DNA of 64,000 nucleotides, the filler included, from Octopus bimaculoides (taxonomy: Eukaryota): NCBI RefSeq assembly GCF_001194135.2. It is 7 parts of 6 records of this genome, joined end to end, with 100 filler letters (N's around TTAATTAATTAA, not from the genome) between each part and the next. Parts side by side here need not be neighbours in the genome. Positions count along the whole stretch, not along the records: positions 1 to 12,930 come from NC_068994.1; 6 more parts are not named here. One strand, written 5' to 3'. The notes under the pieces were generated by a model. That model ran no database searches. It was given only the letters and a program-made list of their open reading frames with translations, and was not told the DNA's origin. The position numbers and the translations under genes were made by a program. Below, piece by piece: positions 1 through 11,215 of this stretch. Position 1 is the first letter of the stretch. Each line of letters starts with the position of its first letter.

Positions 1-86
1 TGGGAAGGTAGAGTAGGAGTGTGTTGGGGTGTGGTGGGATGAGCTTATGAGAGGGTGTTGACGAGGAGGGATATATATATATATAT

Positions 87-117
<31 letters not shown>

Positions 118-2187
118 CAGTAGTCCCCTCAGTATTTACGGAGGTTATGTTCCTAGAGCACCCACGAATAATAAAAAACCATGAATATTGGATATGGTCC
201 ATAAAAATGCCTATAATGTCAAAATACAACGTAAAATATTATATATATAAATATATATATAATATTTAATAATAATTTAATAGAAAATAAAGTAAAATAT
301 ACGGTTACTCACCAATAATGAATGATATTGATTTAAGACGGTGAGGATGAAAATAATGAGGGTAGTGACTGCACAGCAAAGAAAATTTAAAGCTCTTCAA
401 GTGGCGCCTCTTCATCAAGTGTTTTAGGGGATGTTGGTATCTTCATGCAAGACTTTCTTGATAGGCTTCATGAACATTGTAATGGGAAGTTGCTGTCGTT
501 GTTTTTTCATGGTGGTGAGGAGAGTTTTATATGTCTGCATGGCAGCATCGATGGTATTTTTAAATTGAAGAGACCAAACCATATAGGGATCCCATGCTTC
601 CGCTTTCCCTTGCAATTCCTTTGCTGTCCTTAAAAGGTCAGACAGACATTCAATTGTCAGGCCCACCTCATCCTCCTCTCCCTCTGGATCTGGTGCTTCC
701 TCCTCCTCTTCACTGGCAGACTTAGTTAACTCCAACAAATCTTCGTCTGTCAGTGTTTCAGGGTGGGCATTGAATAGATTGTTGACCTCATCTTGCATGA
801 TGTCATCAAAACTTTTGCCTCCAAGTACCTTTACCAGTTTCACCACATTGTTGACAGCCTCATGCTGAATATCTTCAGGTGAGAACCCCTCATAATCCTG
901 GACACTTTCTGGCCATACCTTCTTCCAGCATGCGATGAGGGTTTCTTTTTTCATGTCTTTAAGGGCAGCATGGATGACTGACAGGCACATTGTGATCATG
1001 AAGTTACACAAGTACTCCTTTAAGCTGAAATTCTCATCCAAATCTTTGCATCCACAAGATGCTGGAGAGAGTTCCTTGTGTAAAGTGTCTCGAAGGCACA
1101 GATCACACCTTGATCCATAGGGTGGATGAGGGAGATGATGTTAGCAGGGAGCAGCCAGTGGACAGGCAGCAGGTTTTTATTCTTATTTTTGAAGGCCCTC
1201 AGGTTCGCAGACTTGTAGATAAGTCCTGGTTTCATCATGAAGTCAACAGCATTGCCACACATAATTAGTGTCACTCTGTCCTTTTGTGCCTTAAATCGTG
1301 GTACTCTGGCTTCATCTTTCATGATGTACATTCTAGAAGGCATCTTCTTCCAGATCAAGCCAGTCTCGTCCATATTGAAGACCTGTTCCAGCTTGTATCC
1401 CTTGTCCTCGATGATCTGCCTGAAGGTCTCAAAGTACTTCTCAGTGGCTTCTTCGTCGGCTGATGCTGTCTCTCCATGCAGGGAAACACACTTTATTTTA
1501 AACCATTTCTGGAAACGGTCAAAATATCCCTCAATGACTTCAAAATCTTTGGGCTCCGGTGCTGTCAATGGTCTTGGTTGTGGTTCTTCAATGCCTTCTT
1601 CTCCGTCTCCTCTGGTGAACTGCTAGTATAATTTCCATGCTTTCTTGCAGATGATGTTAACACTCAAGGGAATGTTTTTCTTCTTGCAGTCAAAGTAGAT
1701 TCCATTCTGACCAAACACTTATTTCTCACTGTTGTTTTGGCACTTTCACAGAAACTTACTGCTACTGTAGACCTGATCGCTACCTCGTTCTTCTTTATAT
1801 AGTATATAGTGATTTTGTTGACATCACAACAGCGACCTACTGCAGCATAACTTTTACCTTCCTGGAGCATATCCATCAGTTGTACCTTCTCATGGAACAT
1901 CATAACCTTTTCTTGTTGCTTAGGTTCACTCCTAGAAGCCTTAGAAGTTGTAAAGTGTTTGGGTGGCATTTTAGGGCTTTAATAACATGCAACAGAAAAC
2001 ACAACACTTAACAAAACACTTGAGATAGCTACTGGATGCAGTTTTTCCCCCAAAAATGTACAAAAAAATCTTCCTTGCATCTAATATGTGCATACCACCA
2101 ATGGGAGAATGAGCAGAGATTAAAAACAATCATGGTTTTGAAAAATTTAGTTTGTGTTACCACTAGATACAGTAATCTATACTATAC

Positions 2188-2223
<36 letters not shown>

Positions 2224-2392
2224 CATAATAATGATAATAATAGAGAGAGAGATTGCCACAAAAAAAGTCATAAAAAATTGCTGATGGTATTTACGATTCC
2301 ATGAATTTGTGGTGGTTTCTGCAAACAATTATTCGTTCTGCAAATAACCAGAACCACGAATGCCGAGCCACGAATAAGCGGGGGGTACACTG
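118..2392 (-). mobile_element. Tigger/pogo-family DNA transposon, near full length, defective
   Basis: TA-flanked termini: CAGTAGTCCCCTC at 118, and the reverse complement of the right end reads CAGTGTACCCCCC (ends 2392). Repeated CC(A/G)CGAATA subterminal motifs. Encloses a disrupted transposase. Confidence 0.9.
424..1969 (-). pseudogene. Tigger transposase (CENP-B-type HTH + DDE_1), frameshifted over three ORFs
   Basis: 1969-1664 MPPK...EKVQLMDMLQEGKSYAAVGR (N-terminal HTH); 1568-1020 EQVFNMDETGLIWKKMPSR...AQKDRVTL...PMDQGVI (DDE_1); 1041-424 WKKVWPE...MQTYK C-terminus. Confidence 0.9.
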
Positions 2393-2566
2393 TATATACA
2401 TACAGCGAAGGATCCAATATTGGATTTATGTATATGTTGAGCACACATGTATTCAGAGTTGTTACAATGTAAGTTTTGATAATAGAAAGTTTACGTTTAT
2501 TAGGGGCTGTTATGATAGACATAGCGTTACCTGCCACCTTGAGTCTTCTGGATACCAATACCTTTC

Positions 2567-2627
<61 letters not shown>

Positions 2628-2979
2628 NNNNNNNNNNTTTAGCTTTATGGTGTATTGTCAGATTCCAAAATCTTGTTGGCCCATGACCTCTTAAAGACAG
2701 TAGCTCCCATAATTTCTAAAATAAAATTTAGGATTTATGGAGGGTCAAATTTGGGAACAAAAAAGTAACAGTGGAGACATACAAGGAAACTGAATGAAAA
2801 GAGACATGGCAGGTCGTTAGACCAGAACAAAAGGAGAATAGTGAATGCTATTGTATCTCTGTATCAACCAGACTGTCAGATGTTGTTATACATTTCTTCA
2901 CATTGTTCCAGCTTTCAAATCATGCTATGCCATGTTGACTAGATGGGCAATCCAACATTCTTCCTAAATGGAATATCAG

Positions 2980-3138
2980 CCATCACTCACAGGATTACCC
3001 ATTTGCAGCCAAGTGGATGAAAGCAATGCGGAATGAAATGTTTTGCTCAAGAACGCAATGTACTAATGGTCTGAGAGTTGAAACCATGATTTTGCCATCA
3101 TGGGTACAATACCCTAACCACTAGACCATGTGCCTTCA
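2980..3138 (-). mobile_element. degenerate tRNA-headed SINE
   Basis: Reverse strand reads GGCACATGGTCTAGTGGTTAGGG (A box) ... GGTTTCAACTC (B-box-like) ... TTCTTGAGCAAAAC. Confidence 0.5.
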
Positions 3139-3262
3139 AACACACATGCACGCACGCACGCACACACACACACATATGTATAAGTCAAGTAGTTAAGATA
3201 ATCAGATAGTCATTTCTTGCATCTCTGATGAAAACTTTTAATTATACTTGACTTTCAAAAAA

Positions 3263-3554
3263 TATTGGTTTCAAATTTTGGCACAAGGCCGGTAGTTTTT
3301 TGTGGGAGAGCGAGTAAGTTGATTATATCAACCCCAGTGTTCAACTGGTAATTATTTTTATTGACCGCAAATGGCTGAAAGGCAAAGTTGGCTATAACAG
3401 AATTCGAACTTAGAACATAAAAACAGGTAAAATGCTGCTATGGATGAAAGGCAAAGATGACCTCAGTGGAATTTGAGCTCAGAGCATGCAGACAGATGAA
3501 ATGCTGCTAAGCATTTCTGCTCAGCATGCTAACAATTCTGCCAGCTCGCTGCCA
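3263..3554 (-). mobile_element. SINE family B (two partial copies)
   Basis: Reverse strand GGCAGCGAGCTGGCAGAATTGTTAGC...GAGCTCAAATTCC...TTTGCCTTTCA; matches the copies at 25.4 kb and 43.4 kb. Confidence 0.7.
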
Positions 3555-3604
3555 TCACTTGCCTCATATAATAATAAGTTAAGTAATAAATAAAGAATAT
3601 TTAC

Positions 3605-3814
3605 CAGAGGTTCCAGTAATGGAGGGACATATTTTTCCTTGGCTTTGGGGTTTGTGTTTAAGTTAAATTGTATATTTTTTTGTAATTCAACTGGATCTAC
3701 ATTTGATGGAGTTGGAAACTCATCCGCCATTTCCATACCTGTTACAGTAACACCCACAATATCAGTTCTATATTTTAGGTACTTGAGTAGGTTGTTTTCT
3801 GCTTGCTTGTTCAT
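3605..3814 (-). CDS. first coding exon (70 codons, phase-0 end) of a host gene that continues left of the window; exon including 5' UTR is 3846-3605; weak resemblance to the axonemal dynein heavy chain DNAH6 N-terminus
   Basis: Acceptor tttcttatttttcttttaacag|G at 3847/3846. All three frames have stops in the first 32-36 nt, so the ATG at 3814 (gaaATG) is the likely start. Donor CTG|gtaaat at 3605/3604. Peptide MNKQAENN...KEKYVPPLLEPL is non-repetitive. The identity is a from-memory similarity only. Confidence 0.65.
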
Positions 3815-3979
3815 TTCAGCAGGATATCGGATTCAGTAAATATTTCCTGTTAAAAGAAAAATAAGAAACAAGTTTGTAATTTTGAAGACTGTTAACTCCA
3901 TCATTAGAGGATCTTTTTTTTTAATATTTTTACATTATTTTTTGTTTTCATTCATCTCTGAATCATCACAAGCTGTTTC

Positions 3980-4120
3980 GTGGCTGTGTGGTCAGGTGTT
4001 TGCTTCCCAACAACATGGTTTCAGGTCCAATCCCACTGCATGTCATCTTGGGCAAGTGTCTTCTACTATAGCCTCAGGCTTTGTGAGCGGATTTGGTAGA
4101 TGGAAACTGAAAGAAGCCTG

Positions 4121-4173
<53 letters not shown>

Positions 4174-4555
4174 ATATATATATACACATATCTCTTTTAC
4201 TCTTTTACTTATTTCAATCATTTGACTGTGGCCATGCTGGAGCACCGCCTTAAGCCTAGTACTTAATCTATCGGTCTCCTTTGCTGAACTGCTAAGTTAC
4301 GGGGACGTAAATATATCAGCATCGGATGTCAAGCGATGTTGGGGGGGACAAACACAGACACACAAACATATATATATACATATATACGACAGGCTTCTTT
4401 CAGTTTCCGTCTACCAAATCCGCTCACAAGGCTTTGGTCAGCCCAAGGCTATAGTAGAAGACACTTGCCCAAGGTGCCATGCAGTGGGACTGAACCCAGG
4501 ACCATGTGGTTCGTAAGCAAGCTACTTATCACACAGCCACTCCTACGCCTATATA

Positions 4556-4587
<32 letters not shown>

Positions 4588-4850
4588 AGAAAGAGAGAGA
4601 GGGAGAGAAAAAGGGGTCTGTGTGTGTGTGTGTCTTTGCATGTTTGTCCCCCACCACCACTTGACAACACGTGTTTGTGTGTTTATGTCACTATAACCTA
4701 GCAGTTCAGCAAAAGAGACTGATAGAATAAGTACCAGGCTTAAAAAGAAACTAAGTGCTGTGGGATCGATTCGTTCAATTAATAATCCTTCAAGGTGGTG
4801 CCCCAGCATGGCCACAGTCTAATGCCTGAAACAAGCAATAGATAAAAGAT
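3980..4850 (+). mobile_element. SINE family A (head 3980-4123, tail 4628-4850) interrupted by another copy
   Basis: Head TGGCTGTGTGG...CTTGGGCAAGTGTCTTCTACTATAGCC...GGAAACTGAAAGAAGCC; central TA/GT microsatellite; tail ...CCAGCATGGCCACAGTCTAATG. Confidence 0.8.
4192..4551 (-). mobile_element. SINE family A, full length
   Basis: Reverse strand AGGCGTAGGAGTGGCTGTGTGAT (A box) ... GGGTTCAGTCCC (B box) ... tail GAGTAAAAGAG. Confidence 0.85.
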
Positions 4851-5139
4851 GTATATAGTACTAAACTGAACGCATACAAAGAAGATTCATTTCTAGTTTA
4901 AGAATAATCCTGTTTGTCGATTAAGCCACAGATGCAAGATCAAATCACTCAAAATGTAAAGTAGCAACACTATAAAACAGGAACTTGCCTGTCAATGAAG
5001 TATATATATTAAATATGATAAATAGATGGCTATTCTTATTTAATGCTACCTCAATTGCAGATAGTGGAATTTTATTCAGTTGGGCAGTTATTATAATACT
5101 AAATGCCACCAGCACTATTTGCAGTCTCAATAGTGCTGG

Positions 5140-5300
5140 CAGCACGCAAAAAAAGGTACCCAGACCTCTTTGTAAAGTGGTTGGTGTTAGGAAGGGCATC
5201 CAGACACAGAAACCATGCCAAAGCAGACACTGGAGCAAAATGCAATACTTAGACCCAGTCAAACTGTCCAACCCATGTCAGTATGGAACATGGATGTTTA
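5140..5300 (+). mobile_element. family C interspersed repeat, 3' part
   Basis: GGTGTTAGGAAGGGCATCCAG...AACCCATGTCAGTATGGAA; same motifs as 6862-7194. Confidence 0.6.
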
Positions 5301-5301
5301 A

Positions 5302-5521
5302 CCCCTTTAGCATTTAAACTGGCCATATCCAAGCTATATATTCTACCATTTTGTGTTCAAAATAGCCAGATCCAGCCTCTTATGTCTACCCTAAAATGTT
5401 ATTCTAAAAATAAACAATCACACCATCGAAATCCCAAAACTATGAGATAATGCATGATTAATTTAAAACAATGTGAATACATAAGCATTGTAATTGACAG
5501 ATTAATCTGAACACTAAAAGG
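5302..5521. mobile_element. piggyBac-type non-autonomous element (MITE)
   Basis: TTAA at 5298-5301 and 5522-5525 flank imperfect TIRs CCCCTTTAG / CTAAAAGG. Confidence 0.55.
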
Positions 5522-5937
5522 TTAATAATGATGAGGAGGAGGATGAAGAGAAGGATTTCCTATATTGGAGGCAACAAATCTCATCTAAGCATGTGGTTGG
5601 TTGTGACTATATCATTGATAAAGCCCAATTAGGCTGAAATGCATTTGACACTCTCACAAGCTGCTGCTTGGATGGAACAAAATGAGTAGAGGAATCCCCT
5701 ACTCGTTTCATTTCATCATCTTTTTCACAACTGCAAATCAGATGTGTCTTTTCACCTCCAACAATAGAGAGCAATCACCATACTTCATTCCATATCAACT
5801 ACCTCTGATGAGCACAGGGTTACATAATCAAATTGTTACTTAACACTCGGTTAAATCCCAAGCACAAAACCAACTGGTAAGGTTGGCCGTAATGGATATA
5901 TAATACTGTACATTTTGGATAATATATATATACATAT

Positions 5938-6170
5938 ATCATCATCATCATCATTATCATCATTTAACGTCCGTTGTCCATGCTGGCATGGGTTGGACAG
6001 CTTGACCAGAGCTGGTAAGCTGAGGAGTTGCACCAGACTCCAGTCTGATTTGACATGGTTTCTATGGCTGGATGCCCTTCCTAATGCCAACCACACCAAG
6101 AGTGTAATTGGTGCATTTATGTGCCATTGGCATGGGTGCCAGTTATACAACACCAGCATTGGCCACATTG
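5938..6170 (-). mobile_element. family C interspersed repeat
   Basis: (CAT)n tail followed by AACGTCCGTTGTCCATGCTGGCATGGGTTGGAC...GGATGCCCTTCCTAATGCCAAC. Confidence 0.7.
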
Positions 6171-6204
6171 CCTTCATGATATATACATGTGTGTGTGTGT
6201 GTGA

Positions 6205-6430
6205 GAGTGTGTATCTGTGGTTGTGTTTGTCTCCCACCATTGCTTGACATCTGATGTTGGTGTGTTTACATCCCCATAACTTGGCAGCTCATCAAAAGAG
6301 ACCAATAAAATAAGTACCAGGCTTGAAAAAATAAGTACTGGGGTCAATTCATTCAACTAAAAAGCATGCAAGGTAGTACCCCAGCATGGCCGCCGCAAGG
6401 GACTGAAACAAGTACAAGAAAATAAAAGAA
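6205..6430 (+). mobile_element. SINE family A, 3' half
   Basis: TTTGTCTCCCACC...AATAAGTACCAGGCTT...GTACTGGGGTCAAT...CCAGCATGGCCGC. Confidence 0.7.
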
Positions 6431-6655
6431 GATATCTGTGGAATACTTTGAACTCATACGATGCAGCAGATTGTCTATGCTGGATGCTCTTCCTGTCACC
6501 AACCCTTGCTTGTTTCTGAGCAAGGAAATAACTCTCCATGGCCAAGCATGCCACTTGTGGAAGACTGGAAACAAACAACATTGCTTGTATGATGGTGATG
6601 CTCATTTACAGCCATCAAACCAATGTCAAGAGAAAATATACACACACACAATATA

Positions 6656-6800
6656 CAGGGTGGGCCAAAAGTCACACACAAAATAAGTTCAATACGCTTT
6701 GGAATTGTGAAAGACATGCTACAATATTTCTAAAGTTCAATAAAATACATAAAATGGTGAATATACACATACTTGTAAATGATGAACAAAATAAATAATA
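6656..6800 (+). mobile_element. isolated Tc1/mariner-like terminal fragment
   Basis: TA|CAGGGTGGGCCAAAAGTCAC resembles Tc1-type TIR starts; no partner TIR found. Confidence 0.35.
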
Positions 6801-6861
6801 TTACCAATAATAATCCTTTCTATTATAGACACAAGGCCTGAAATTATTTTTTTTAGGGGTT

Positions 6862-7194
6862 ACCAGCGTCGCCTTACTGGCACATGAAAAAACATTCAAG
6901 GGAGGTCATTGCCAGTGCCCCTGAACTGGCTCCTGTGCAGGTGGCACGTAAAAAACACCATTTTGAGCATGGCCATTGCCAGTACTGCCTGATTGGCCCT
7001 TGTGCCGGTGGGATGTAAAAGCACCCACTATACTCTCGGAGTGATTGGCGTTAGGAAGGGCATCCAGCTGTAGAAACTCTGCCAAATCAGATTGGAGCCT
7101 GGCGCAGCCATCTGGTTCGCCAGTCCTCAGTCAAATCGTCCAACCCATGCTAGCATGAAAAGCGGATGTTAAACAATGATGATGATGATGATGA
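6862..7194 (+). mobile_element. family C repeat with (GAT)n tail, nested in a family B SINE (6818-6850 and 7195-7250)
   Basis: GGCGTTAGGAAGGGCATCCAGCTGTAGAAAC...AACCCATGCTAGCATGAAAAGCGGATGTTAAAC(AATGATGAT)n. The two flanks join into a family B 3' end. Confidence 0.75.
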
Positions 7195-7384
7195 GTAAGT
7201 CAATTACATTGACCCCAGTGCTCAACTGGTACTCATTTTATCAACCCCCAGCGAACATAATATAAATAAAATATCAAATGTTTTGGTGCATGAGTTTTGC
7301 AACCCCCCCAATATGGCAGCATGAGAAACAAACATTAGATGAGGATGATATTATACATATACATACACATATATATACATATAT

Positions 7385-7752
7385 TCTTTTATTCATTTGT
7401 TTCAGTCATTTTACTGTGGCCATGCTGAAGCACCACCTTGAAGGGTTTTAGTCAAACAATTCAACCCCTGGACTTCTTATGTTTTAAGCCTAGTACTTAT
7501 TCTATTAGTCTCTTTTGCAAAACTGCTAAATAACAGGGACATAAACACATCAACACCGGTTGTCAAGACACACACACACACACAGATATATATGATGAGC
7601 TACTTTCAGTTTCTATCTACCAAATCCATTCACAAGGCTTCGGTCTAGCCCAAGACTAAAGTAGAAGACACTTGCGCAAGGTGCCACATAGTGTGACTGA
7701 ACCCAGAACCATGTGGTTGGGAAGCAAGCTTCTCACCACACAGCCAAGCCTG
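7385..7752 (-). mobile_element. SINE family A, full length (a further head fragment at 7790-7930)
   Basis: Reverse complement of the family A head, core and tail with a central (CA)n. Confidence 0.8.
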
Positions 7753-8321
7753 CATACACACACACACACATATATATATGTGATGAACTTCCCTCATTTT
7801 CCATTAACCAAATACAGACACAAGGCTTTGGTTGGCTCAGCGATATGGCAGAAAACACTTGCCAACATATGCAGTAAAACTGAATTTAAAATCATGTAAT
7901 TGGGGGAGAAAACTTCTTAACCACACAGCCACACACACACACATTCAGGTCATAAATCCTGTTTCAAAGAACTGGGGAAACAACAGTTATTTAAAAGGAA
8001 ATTGAATGCCTTTGTTTTAAAGTCGTAAACAAAATGCTGGGTGCAGCAGCTAAGACCTACATATATTTCATCACTCATATTTCTCCATCTCTTCCACATG
8101 CACTAGGATAGTGACTATGTTTATTTTTAAGAAATATTTCTATGATTACAATCAGACACTACTTAACCACTCTTCAGCTATGGAATGAGTCGAAGGAATA
8201 GCTGTTATTTCCTGCTTATAACTAAAACACACGTGAAGCTATGTCTATACAAGCTGCCTTCTCAAGATGAATATGATAGTATTGTGGCCTTCGTTTAGTA
8301 TATTTATGTAAAGTATGATTT

Positions 8322-8832
8322 CATCATCATCATCTTCATCATCACTTGACATCCGTGTTTCATGCTGGCATGGTGTTGGATAGCTTGACAGGAACTGGCA
8401 ATGCCAGGGGCTGCACAGGGTTCCATAGTCTGTTTTGGCCTGGCTTCTATGGCTACATTCCCTTCTTAATGCCATCCACTCCACAGAGTGTAGTGGATGC
8501 TTTTTATATGACACCATCTCCAGTGCCTTTTATGTGGCACCAGCACCTACACCAATGCTTTTTTACATGGCACCTTGGTTTTAGAATCTTGTAGTGAGAC
8601 AGAAAAGAACTATTTTGTTGTGGTGGCATAGCACAATCATGCTATACCCATTTAATCCAATTAGAGCTGGCTGCAGAAGGATACATGTGGCAACCTCCAC
8701 CCAATAGTAAATGCGCCTTTTCCAAAGAGCTAAATCAGTTACGGATTTGACGGCCATGCGGCCACCTGGCTTGCCGGTCCCCAGTCAAACCATCCAACCC
8801 ATGCCAGCATGGAAAACGGACGTTAAACGATA
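8322..8832. mobile_element. two family C fragments (8322-8580 minus, 8750-8832 plus)
   Basis: (CAT)n-ATCCGTGTTTCATGCTGGCATG... and ...CCAACCCATGCCAGCATGGAAAACGGACGTTAAACG. Confidence 0.65.
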
Positions 8833-10430
8833 AACTGCAACATCATCCTTTCTGCTATGGGACTATTACAGCATTCACAACCAACGCTGCGCAACTCATT
8901 TTGTTTTTATCAGATTTCATTTTGTGGCTTATAAGCACCAAACTTAAATACATAGCAAGTCATGGGAAATTCATTCATGCCTCACTACACATCTCTCTCT
9001 CTCTCTCTCCCAATGCTCTACACTTTTTAACATTCACACACAAACAAAAGAATTAATTTTTATACACTCACATTGCTCAGGTATAAGTTTAAAACGAAAC
9101 TTGGGAATGGGTGGGGAGAAATTTCAATAATTCCATTTGCATTTTAGACTGCTAAAATTAAGTTTCACCAAAAATACAAACTGTGGAAGCCATGCAATTC
9201 ATATTATGTAGCCATGCAAATGTTTCAGGTAAACGCGTACCTTTTTTAAAAAATCATTGTTATAAATTGTCACTGGAAAACCGCTATTTCTACCTCATAG
9301 GGAAAGAAAAGNNNNNNNNNNNNNNNNNNNNNNNNNNNNNNNNNNNNNNNNNNNNNNNNNNNNNNNNNNNNNNNNNNNNNNNNNNNNNNNNNNNNNNNNN
9401 NNNNNNNNNNNNNNNNNNNNNNNNNNNNNNNNNNNNNNNNNNNNNNNNNNNNNNNNNNNNNNNNNNNNNNNNNNNNNNNNNNNNNNNNNNNNNNNNNNNN
9501 NNNNNNNNNNNNNNNNNNNNNNNNNNNNNNNNNNNNNNNNNNNNNNNNNNNNNNNNNNNNNNNNNNNNNNNNNNNNNNNNNNNNNNNNNNNNNNNNNNNN
9601 NNNNNNNNNNNNNNNNNNNNNNNNNNNNNNNNNNNNNNNNNNNNNNNNNNNNNNNNNNNNNNNNNNNNNNNNNNNNNNNNNNNNNNNNNNNNNNNNNNNN
9701 NNNNNNNNNNNNNNNNNNNNNNNNNNNNNNNNNNNNNNNNNNNNNNNNNNNNNNNNNNNNNNNNNNNNNNNNNNNNNNNNNNNNNNNNNNNNNNNNNNNN
9801 NNNNNNNNNNNNNNNNNNNNNNNNNNNNNNNNNNNNNNNNNNNNNNNNNNNNNNNNNNNNNNNNNNNNNNNNNNNNNNNNNNNNNNNNNNNNNNNNNNNN
9901 NNNNNNNNNNNNNNNNNNNNNNNNNNNNNNNNNNNNNNNNNNNNNNNNNNNNNNNNNNNNNNNNNNNNNNNNNNNNNNNNNNNNNNNNNNNNNNNNNNNN
10001 NNNNNNNNNNNNNNNNNNNNNNNNNNNNNNNNNNNNNNNNNNNNNNNNNNNNNNNNNNNNNNNNNNNNNNNNNNNNNNNNNNNNNNNNNNNNNNNNNNNN
10101 NNNNNNNNNNNNNNNNNNNNNNNNNNNNNNNNNNNNNNNNNNNNNNNNNNNNNNNNNNNNNNNNNNNNNNNNNNNNNNNNNNNNNNNNNNNNNNTCTATC
10201 TCGCATCCCACCATCAACTTATACACATGTCCCTTTCATTTTCTCTCTCTTTCACTTTGTGCTGACATCAAACAAAATGTACATTTCCAGTTCAAAAAAC
10301 AAATTAAAAATTTTTACGGAATTTACCGAACGCTGTACCTTAACAGCTGATAGATTATTGACAACTCTGTGACTCAAAACGAAGGATAGCCCACTTCATT
10401 TTATGTTGCTCCAGCCCACTCAGCACTAAG

Positions 10431-11195
10431 TAACTCTGCGACGGGATCTTTTTGGTTTGACGGGCAACACTTGTTTTCTTAACGAAACACTTTCAAACTT
10501 GGGACACTGGTAGAATGTGTCATACAAAACAACTTTTTCTCTTAGCCTTCTTAACAAAAAATTATACATCGCAAGTTATTTCATGTTAAAGTTGTCGTAT
10601 TTCTGTAATTTCAACCAATCACTGAATACAGTCAGTGCTGGTCGGTCATAAAAATGTTATTCCCTGTGACATATTTCATCTGGTTTAATCGTAATTTATA
10701 CGCATATATTGTTTATATAATAAATTACGCTGTGCGTATCTGTGTGTGTAACAATTTTAGAGTTCGGGTTATGATTATTTTTGCCTAACCCTAAACTAGA
10801 GTTTGATTTGAAGAAGATTTGGCTGCTATTTCTTGGAAATGAAGCACTTGGTGGAGGTGCATTAATAATTCTGCCGCAGGCAATATTCAAGTATTTTGAT
10901 GGCTTTTTCCCCTTTGTTTACCAACAGTCTAGTTAATCGGAAATATCAGAACTAACGGGGATTAATACCATATACACCGTCACAGCACTAAATGTATTCA
11001 ACTGAATAGACGTCAGTGATTAGTTGAAATTATCGAAATAAGACAATTTTTAACGTGAAATAACTTCGAATACAAAAATTTTTATCTGTTCTATACGACA
11101 AAATATACAAGTATACGAAGTTTGAAAGTGTTTCGGTACCAAAAACACTACATAAAAAAATGTTGCCCGTCAAACCACAAAGATCCCTGCGACGA
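10431..11195. mobile_element. foldback/MITE with long (about 200 bp) imperfect inverted arms
   Basis: GGGATCTTTTTGGTTTGACGGGCAACA (10443-10469) pairs with TGTTGCCCGTCAAACCACAAAGATCCC (11161-11187). Inner matches include CGAAACACTTTCAAACTT/AAGTTTGAAAGTGTTTCG and CAACCAATCACTGA/TCAGTGATTAGTTG. Confidence 0.8.
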
Positions 11196-11215
11196 ACTGG
11201 CTTCCCTTTCGCGAA

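Noticed and set aside
3225-3260. CTGATGA heptamer (also 5806, 25918 minus, 42465, 59726)
   Set aside because: No convincing stem II + GAAA + stem III arrangement; could be old decayed ribozymes but not supportable.
9183-10265. Long ORFs in the track (also 13.5-15.6, 19.6-20.2, 32.2-32.7, 35.9-36.7, 38.2-39.3, 50.1-50.8, 52.6-54.1 kb)
   Set aside because: Composed of X residues from N gaps.
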